33,278 nt of DNA from Polymyxa betae A26-41 (lineage: Eukaryota > Protista > Endomyxa: Phytomyxea), in the NCBI GenBank assembly GCA_003693705.1, contig RBZT01000757.1, positions 1-33,278 on the forward strand, in the 5' to 3' direction. Shown here piece by piece: positions 25,137-33,278 of this stretch (position 1 is its first letter; the number at the start of each line of letters is the position of its first letter). A program made the translations under genes and the position numbers. The notes under the pieces are model-generated. The model was not told where the DNA came from. It searched no databases and saw nothing but the letters and a program-made list of their open reading frames with translations.

Positions 25137-28100
25137 ATGAATAGTTTCTTCGACAACCTGCTGAAAGCGTCGACGTCAGCGGCAACCAGCACGCCGTCGG
25201 ATACGCCAGCGTTTAGGACGAAATCACCACAACCGCCATCGCTGGACGGAGCTGCCGCCGGGCAGACTTTACTGAATCTTCTTCAGCAGGGGCAAAATAT
25301 GGCACCTTCAGTACCGGCACCCCAACCACAGCCTTCACCTGAGGGCGTCGTAAACCCGGACTCTGCCGAATCTGATGCTGCGAGACAGCTTAAGGCCATG
25401 ATGTTCAATAGCGGCGCTCGCGTATTAGGCCGCTCAGATTCGGTATCGTCAGCTGCTCAAATTCGCGACATGCTGGATGCCACTGATTTGGAACGCTCGC
25501 CCTCAAAAAAATCGTATCTACGCTTGCCGTTTCAACATCTCTTCTGTCAATTAACGTTTGCTCAGTTTCGGAATGATTCTTCGAGGAACTTGCAATTCAT
25601 TTGAGTGGGCAAGCGAGACCCCAATGGGGACCCCTTCGGGTTTGACCCAGATTTGCAAACTGAAGAATCTTGCCTCTCCTGATCAGGTTCAACGATTAAT
25701 TTCGTTCGACCCTAAGGATCAGGTGCTTGTATATGCTATTCAAGGTTCTCATGTGTTTTCTGATCAATGTTTGTTTCAATATGGAATTACAGCACAGCCA
25801 AGATCAGCTGACCAAGGTGGGAAAATGCGAGTGATAAATCAGGCGAGAGGAACGCGAACGCTGCTTTCTGGCCATTCTGCACCAATAGTCGACGTTTTGC
25901 TATGTCCTTGGGATTCGTCATTGGTGTTAAGCTTATCCTCTGCCGGGATGGTGGCTCTTTACAGAATTATCGAAGACTGTACGAAGAAAGCATCCGAGTA
26001 ATGTTACGAGCTTCTATGCTTGGAAAACGTTCATTCTGGATTCAGTGTAGACGATTCTTCTGGCACTATGACCTCGAAGATGATCTGCTCGATCAAATCC
26101 GGAAAAGAGCCTTTTAAAAGCATCGCTTGGCATCCTTCTATGCCTGTTGTTGCAATTGCTCGTGGATCAAGGTGCCGATACGATGGAAAGCTTTTCTTCG
26201 TTTGCCTTATAGTTGCTACAGCATTGAAATATGGGACCTGGCTGATGTCATTTCGCCGGAGGATTCCGAAGATCCCATCGAAGAGTTGATCCCACCTGTT
26301 TTCACGAACACTCCTGCCGACCCTCGATTGTCCCTCCTGCAAGGTTCTATAGTGGCTTATGCTGTGCTCAGGTCATAATTGTATTTGCAGAGCACCACGA
26401 AGCCGTGAATACGGTATGTTTCTCGCCGAATGGTTCACAGTTATGTAGTGGAGCTGACGATGGCGCCGTCTGCATTTGGAACTGGAACCAAACTGAAGAT
26501 ATGCTTGTTCGAAAGTTCACTCCAGATGATGATCGACCTGTTAATGTTGTTCATTGGTCATCAGCCCTGATTACAAACGTTATGTATGCTCATGCGTTTT
26601 CAGGGCTCGTGCACCTGGGTTCTCTTCTCCATCTTCGGATCGGTTGATCTATATTCAGTGCGATGCCCATCGGAATGTGCAGATGTGGGATGTACAAGGT
26701 GATTCGCCCTGTGCTAGACTGGACCTGCCTCCAGGAAAGAATAAGATCGCTTTGCAAAATATGATTGTTAATAATACTGCTTCATTTATTGTTGTCCCAT
26801 TCAATGGTGACGAAACGTTCGGGTGGGTTTCAGTCGTTCACGGGTGGTTATTCTGTTCTAATTGACTTCGTTTCAGTTTAATGATCATTCATGTTCTTCG
26901 GAGATCGCTCCCGGATACGGAGTCATTGTCGGATGCATCTGACGACGATTTGCCGAACGAAATCCCAGAACTGGATCCTCTAGGATGCCGATTCGATTTC
27001 TTGCTTCCGTTCAATATCCAACATCTTGTCATTAGTGCTGTAGCAGTTTCTCCCGATGGATCGCCTTCGTCGTTCCAGTTGTATACTGTCCAAAAGCACG
27101 CGGTTCAAGTATTTCATTTTACAGATCTTCAATATTCATCGGTATCGTCGGATATATGTTACTTGATCTGTAAATCACCAAATACGTTAGTTGTCTCCGG
27201 TCGATCCAGCTATTGCTCGAGCTGCCCCTTTTGCGGCACCATCTGTCTCCATTACTGACGATAACTTCGATCGCCCGATATCTCAATCTCGTGAACCTCC
27301 TATTCCGATTTCCACTATGTCTCCCATGGGCGAGTCCTCGCATCGACCATCGTTTGCCGTTAACCGAATATTGAATCGACCGTCATCAAGTCAGTCGTCG
27401 CCAGCGGCAACTACTCCAAGTGCCGTTTTGAGTCGCTCCCAGTCTGGCAATGCATTGTCATCAAGTCGAAAGTGTTGCATCGCGGTATTTCCTTTGACAT
27501 TTCTCTAGGACCCAGTTTCGCAAGCGATAAGATCACCTCTGTAGCCAAGTCGTCGCCACCGACGTCTCCTCGTCGCCGTGAATCCGGTGTTTTCGAGGCT
27601 GAACTCAAACGGCTGATAACCGAACATATCGATTCGCTTCGGCAAGAGATCTCTGCTGAGCGCAAGGCTAGGGATAAAGAAGAGATTCGTAGAACGAAAC
27701 AGTTGCTTGAATCTGTATCGAAAACAATCAATGTCGTAATTCCTGAACGTGTTGACCTGGTATCACTCTCTTCTATTTCTTGTTCTCTACCAATTCGCTT
27801 TGTTTTTAGGCTGTTAGTCAAGCCATTACCGCTGCAGTTGAACGATCCGTCCTTCCTAGGTTGGAGTCGCTGGTTACGGACGTAATTCAACACCACATTA
27901 AGGTACTGTAGGTTTTAGCAACTTTTAATCGCTATGACCAACACGATGCGCTACAGGAACTGCCTTTTGTACTTCGTGCGCCTATTATGGAATCTTTTCG
28001 TGAGAGCTTTAAGGACCAGCTGTTGCCGGCGTTCCGTGGCAGTTTTACAACGATGTTCCAACAGATCAACTCCACATTGGAAACAGGTTTGCGACAGCAG

Positions 28101-28792
28101 AGCGAGGAACATGTATATGAGCATACATTCTGTTCTTGCTCTCTAATATTTTCTTAGATGGGTCATTTAATACCTTCCCAGACTTTTGACGTTGTCGTTG
28201 AACTTCTGAAAGATATCGACATGAAGCTGTCACATCAGCAAGCAGAACGATCACGTCACGAACCCGTCGTAGATCGCAAGAACGAGATCGCTGTCCTCGT
28301 TGAGCAAGGTTACAATGATTCTGGTAGTTATGCTAAGTTTTAACCAATATTGCAGGACATTATAACGAAGCGTTCACAAAAGCGTTAAATGCGGGAGATG
28401 CAAATCTGGTCGTTTGGCTATGTAGCCTACTTAGACCCTCTGCGCTTCATCAACGAGGTATGCTGCCCATTTTCAGATTGCCTGCGCTCTCTGATTGAAG
28501 TGTGTTAGGGTCACATGAATGTTCTCCACCAGTGTTATTGTCTCTAGCTCAGCAGATTTCTTTCCATCTGACAGAATCCGAGACGACCTCTGTGTCGATG
28601 CAGCTGGACTGGCTTCGCGAAGCGTTACTCGCGTTGTCTACTCGGCCGCGATCGGATCAGATTGCAGCTCATGTTCCGGCGGTCTTATCCCAAATTCAAA
28701 ACAACATCGAGCATCGTATGAACGACTTCGATACTGAGCAGCAAAGCACGGTCCGTATGATCATGTTCGTTCTAACAACCCTTTCAAAATGA
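25137..28792 (+). CDS. EDC4: Enhancer of mRNA decapping 4 (EDC4/Ge-1/Varicose): WD40 propeller, Ser-rich linker and helical C-terminal domain; many short introns
   Basis: WD40 pieces (GKMRVINQARGTRTLLSGHSAPIVDV; HHEAVNTVCFSPNGSQLCSGADDGAVCIWN), then ESFRESFKDQLLPAF..MFQQI. The Ge-1 C-terminus reads YNEAFTKALNAGDANLVVWLC..PPVLLSLAQQI..LDWLREAL. All joins tested use GT-AG introns. Confidence 0.88.
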
Positions 28793-29090
28793 GTTTACTC
28801 GAGTACCTACATAAACAAACCATGCAACTGACAAGATTGTTCATGGAGTTTAAGCAAGGCACATCTTTGAATGTACAGTAATTTAACACCAGAAACCATC
28901 TTCCAGATCATTTCTCTTCGTCGCGTCATACTAAGACTGGTAGCGAAAAAGGAAAAGGAGGCTGCAAGGCCCGTGGCAGCCTTTGCTTCCAAGATTGATC
29001 CTTCCAGGACACGCGCAGTTCTGCCATCTCCGACCCTGCCTTGCTGACTCTCTTGCTCCATTGTTATCTTTCCCTCAGGGCTTCTAAGGG

Positions 29091-30539
29091 ATGGGTTTAA
29101 TTCTATCAGGGCCGCTGGCCTGTCTGGGATCTTGCGCTGGATCATGTGCTGGAGCCATGTGCTGCAAAGCTATCGGTTCGGGGTTCGCCTCGAATCGTGG
29201 CTCGAAAGTGTTCTATATCATGATTGCTTTTTTAACCGCTTTATCGGCTCTGCTGATCCGGTATGAAGCCGGACCTGCATTGGAAAAGATGGCGATATTT
29301 TCCATGCAGTCCTGTACGACGACTGCCTGTTATCAGACGCAAGGTGCCTATCGCGTTTGTATGGTATTACCGAGAAATTCGTCTTGCTGCAAACACCTCT
29401 AATTCTGATCTTTTAGGCGATGTTTATTTTTTTCCTTCTGGTAGGAGGGCTGTCTGCAGGATCGCCTTCTTTCCATTATGGCTATGCGCCGATTAAGCTT
29501 CTACTCTTCGTCATTCTATTCGTTGTATCATTTCTGATTCCGAATGAGGTCGCCGACGTATATGCCAATATCAGCATAGGAGGCGCGGCAATCTTCTTGC
29601 TATTGCAGATCGTGATCTTCATCAGCATGTCGTACGATTGGAATGTCTGGTGGACGGGCTCGGGAGAACGGCCATGGCTGATCGCCACTGTTGTCGCCTC
29701 TCTGCTGCTCTGGTTCGGCAGCTTAATCGTATCGGCCTTTTACTATAGTTGGTTCGGTGCCGCTGATCAATGCGGATGGCAACAAGGTTATTAGCTTCTT
29801 ATCCATTTCAGTGTGATTCTTCAAATAGGAAGTTAAATATCATTTTTTTGTAATTTAAAACTCAAGTTTTGTCACTTCCAGTCTAACTGGTTTTTTAGGG
29901 GTCATCACTATCCACATTATCGCCGCCTGCGCGTACACACTGCTGGGATTATCGAACTTCGCGCCTCATGGTACAATTTTCGGGACCTTTTCGTTGAGCC
30001 AAATGATGAATCCCGCTTTAGGCACATTGCTGACATCGTCGACTATGTTCGCTTATGGGACCTATACGCTCTACGGTGCTCTAGCCGCCGAGCCCTCCGA
30101 ATGCACTCGCGTCGGTGTCAGTATGGGCGCCTTCAACTCTTACGGGCTCGCGATCGGTGCCATCTCCCTCTGCTGGTCGGCTTTCAGCGTCTCGAAGGCG
30201 ACGATTTTCGGTGAAGTGACCGACGCCGAGACTGCTGCACATGCTGAACCCCTGAATCTCGAGTCGCAAGATGCCGTTGCAGAAAAGGACGTCGTCGATT
30301 CGACGCGCTGGTCCAACGTTCAATTCCACGTCTTGATGGCGCTGTCGGCTCTGTTTATGACGATGACGATCACGAACTGGACGGACGATGTCAATGGCGA
30401 CTCCAACGAGTTCCGAAGGGGATCGTCTGTCAAATGGGTAGCGCTTGCCACGACCTGGACCAGTACGGTTCTCTACCTATGGACGCTCTGTGTGCCAAGA
30501 CTGTGCCCTAATCGCGACTTTGGCGTCGAGTTCGATTGA
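29091..30539 (+). CDS. SERINC: SERINC/TMS1 family multipass membrane protein (4 exons)
   Basis: MG start with Cys-rich N-terminus (ACLGSCAGSCAGAMCC), then GAYRV, GAAIFLLLQIVIFISMSYDWN, FHVLMALSALFMTMTITNW and LYLWTLCVPRLCPNRDF. Confidence 0.93.
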
Positions 30540-30765
30540 ACGTTCCGCATCGTTTCAGCACCCTAACTGGTTTCTCAAACCCTACAACCAACCCTAAACG
30601 CTATGAGTGGAAAGTTCTGCACAGGTCTTTGAGGCAATATGTGAAACCACAATAGTTTCACATACCGCCGCTGCCTCAAAATCACATAACGATCATAAAA
30701 TGGAAAACCGAATTCTTTTGTATAGGAATCTAAACCATTTCTTATAGAGTCGCCATCCCAAACAT

Positions 30766-31932
30766 TCAAATCCGTTTTGGAGGATACAACGACTTCCTAC
30801 GTTGCTCATGACGCACTTTCAGCTTGTTCGCACTGGCTGACGTGAGCAGCTTTGTTGCGCTGCGACGATGGGCAGCGAACCCAGGAATCACGACATGGAT
30901 ATCAGGCATGACATGTTCGCGATACGGGCTGTTGGCCAGTATACCCATGACCGAGTCGCAGGTAATCATTGCTTTTCGAACCTCGGCGACGTTCTTGGAG
31001 TTGAGAGCCACCTCGAGCTCGGCGTTCGCAGCAGATTGGTCGCGGCGAACCACCTGATTTAGAAGCTCGCGAACACGCTCTTCCAGTGCCTTGGAAATGG
31101 CCACACGGTTATCCTCGGCCCAGGCCTGGTAGGCGCCCCAGACCTCAACAATGTCGCACATCGCCAAGTCTGAGAACGGCACCTGAACAATTTGCAGCAT
31201 CCGATCTTGGTGGAACGTCAACGTTTCGCGGCGTTCACAATGCTCACGCAGCGCAAGGACGCGATTGAACGTGGCCCGGAACGACTCCGGTAGCAGAATC
31301 GGAGCCTCGCGTGTGCATAGATCCAGCGTGTTCATTAGCCGATGAGCGCGGAGCAAAGCCAGCTCATCGATCCGCTCGACGGTCAGGTCATGAGCGGCCA
31401 GCAGCTCTTCAAGCAAGTTCTCTACGACGCCGACCTCCAGATGCAGCAGTTTCATGAGGCGCTGACGGATGCGTTCCCAGTTGAGAGCGTCGCCTCGGGC
31501 GAAGTGGAATCCGGCGGTATAGGCGTCGTTCATAGCTTCAGCCAGATCGGAAACCGAAGCATTCTTATTAGCGAGGGTTTGCCATAGCGTCGCTAATGTT
31601 TTCAGGTCATCATTCGATAGGCAGGCGCAGGAATCGCAAAGGCGCTGCGGGCGATCGCCCGGCAAACCGAATCCTTGCAAAGGCCGCGATGATCGGCTGC
31701 AAGCCGAGCAGACGAGAAGGCCACAGGCGCGGCAATGATGGCGACGACGATAAGCGCGGAAGATATGGGCTGGATTCACGGCGCAGGCGACACCTTCTTC
31801 AACCCATTCGACTAAACCGGCTCTCGGTTCGCTGATGCTAGGATCGAATTCGAATTCGAGCTCAGCGGATTCCGGGAGGAATTCGGGCAGCGCTGGCATC
31901 GAATCTGGGCGGATGATCTCGACTTGAGCCAT
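30766..31932 (-). CDS. FYVE zinc-finger protein with unidentified helical C-terminal region; apparently single exon
   Basis: Uninterrupted 388-aa ORF containing W..RRRHHCRACGLLVCSACS..RLCDSC. Confidence 0.88.
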   Translation of the reverse strand: MAQVEIIRPDSMPALPEFLPESAELEFEFDPSISEPRAGLVEWVEEGVACAVNPAHIFRAYRRRHHCRACGLLVCSACSRSSRPLQGFGLPGDRPQRLCDSCACLSNDDLKTLATLWQTLANKNASVSDLAEAMNDAYTAGFHFARGDALNWERIRQRLMKLLHLEVGVVENLLEELLAAHDLTVERIDELALLRAHRLMNTLDLCTREAPILLPESFRATFNRVLALREHCERRETLTFHQDRMLQIVQVPFSDLAMCDIVEVWGAYQAWAEDNRVAISKALEERVRELLNQVVRRDQSAANAELEVALNSKNVAEVRKAMITCDSVMGILANSPYREHVMPDIHVVIPGFAAHRRSATKLLTSASANKLKVRHEQRRKSLYPPKRI

Positions 31933-33278
31933 GATGATGTTTTCGAAGGTGATATAAAGTGGCTTTCAACGGAACGAGACGAATATAGAATGTAAAATGT
32001 GGCGGGGCTTGGACGGTGACTCAGCAAAGTCGGCGGAACATGACTCATTCATGCTGAGGCGATCCACGTTATGTAGCGATAATTGGAATCGCATTCATGG
32101 GCCTTGGAACGTATTATGCCTGGATTTGGAAAAAATTGAAAACGGAAATGTTATTGTATAACTTCGGCAATAAACTGATTTAAAGTCAAACCGCTTCTTG
32201 GCATAATTTTAATTTCACTGATGGATAGCAGGGGTTGTGACTTCCGGAAACTGATATACAAAGTCTGAGTTCCTATAACCAGCGATAAAAAGGCTGAAGA
32301 TGGCTAGGCTGACATTGAAGCTGGATTATTCAGCGGCTTCGTCGAACGCCTTGGGGGCAAGGCTTGAAATCAAGCTAGCCACCATCATCGCCTTTGGATA
32401 CACCCAGACGAAGCAATTGCGACTCCTCATGATCATAACTGAATGGCAGGCAGCTGTGTAATGTCGATAGTGCGTCGTTAAATATTGTTTTTTGGTGCGT
32501 TCTGTACTCGTTTGTTGCCACCAGCTTTCTATTTGCCTGAAATGGCTGCTGCTGCTGCTGATAATTCCATCCTGCGGGGCAGTCCTTGCCGTTCTGGGTG
32601 CTGTGGTGGCCGTCGTCGATGATGAACTCCATACTGATGGTCGTAGCTACTGTCGACCTAATTCAGAAAAGATTGCCAGTGGTAGATCGGCGCTCTTGCT
32701 GCATGTTGTCGATTTGAATGCATTACGATAACGCTTAGCTTTGTGTAAAACGTTTCGTTGTGACAAGCGTTCCTTCCAAACAATCTATGAAACCATCTAT
32801 TCCAAATGGAGTATGCTACTCGACGAAATCGGTCCAGATGAAAATTTTCTGTTCGCGATCGCGTTGCTGTAACGTAATTCTATATGACGCACTCCGATTC
32901 TACCGTTGAAGCCGCTGAAAGCTTTGGAATGCGCAAAACTTCTGCAGTTCGCTACATAAGAGAAATGACCGATATTATTGTTGACTGCTTGACCTCGGAA
33001 GTTATTGCGCTTCCATCAGGGCCGAACGAACCCGAATAACAAAGATGCGGTTTTCGAACTACTGCCTTGCGGTTTATGGCACTTCGTTTGTGTCAGGCTT
33101 TCTGGAAATAGAAAAGGGGAAGGACTGAATATAAGGCAACGACAAATGTATTAGAAAGGAGGAAGAGGAGGAGAAGGTAGGTGAGAGGCAAACTTAGATG
33201 ATACGGAATGCTCGACGAGACGTCAGGAGGAGGAAGTCGATCGAGATCGGGTATACAACTACAGTAGCTAGATTCACG

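Noticed and set aside
28807-29145. Minus-strand 112-aa ORF between EDC4 and SERINC
   Set aside because: It overlaps the SERINC start and promoter and has no recognisable motif.

Overview
Compact eukaryotic nuclear DNA with moderate GC (roughly mid-40s %, estimated by eye). Genes are densely packed and most introns are GT-AG and about 41-55 nt, so the ORF track splits nearly every gene. This architecture resembles a plasmodiophorid/rhizarian-type protist, but that is inference only. Manual splicing gives 14 recognisable genes in order: SVOP-like MFS transporter (+), ZCCHC17/pNO40 S1-zinc-knuckle protein with a His-rich repeat (-), SAP18 (-), a highly divergent copine-like protein with a long C-terminal tail (-), DSS1/SEM1 (+, absent from the ORF track), FANCE-like (+), helical-repeat RAP-domain protein (+), mitochondrial ATP synthase delta (-), a TALE homeobox protein with a Cys-rich N-terminus (+), a second copine (-), mitoribosomal bL9 (+), EDC4/Varicose (+), SERINC (+) and a FYVE protein (-). 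There is also a ~143-bp MITE-like element with internal palindromes, a 16-bp minisatellite, and unexplained stretches at 1-2450, 23000-25090 and 32300-33278. I see no clear multi-gene novel system. The most interesting items are the Zn-finger/TALE homeodomain gene, two copines lacking canonical Ca2+ ligands, a GC-AG intron, an atypical FYVE finger and the MITE.
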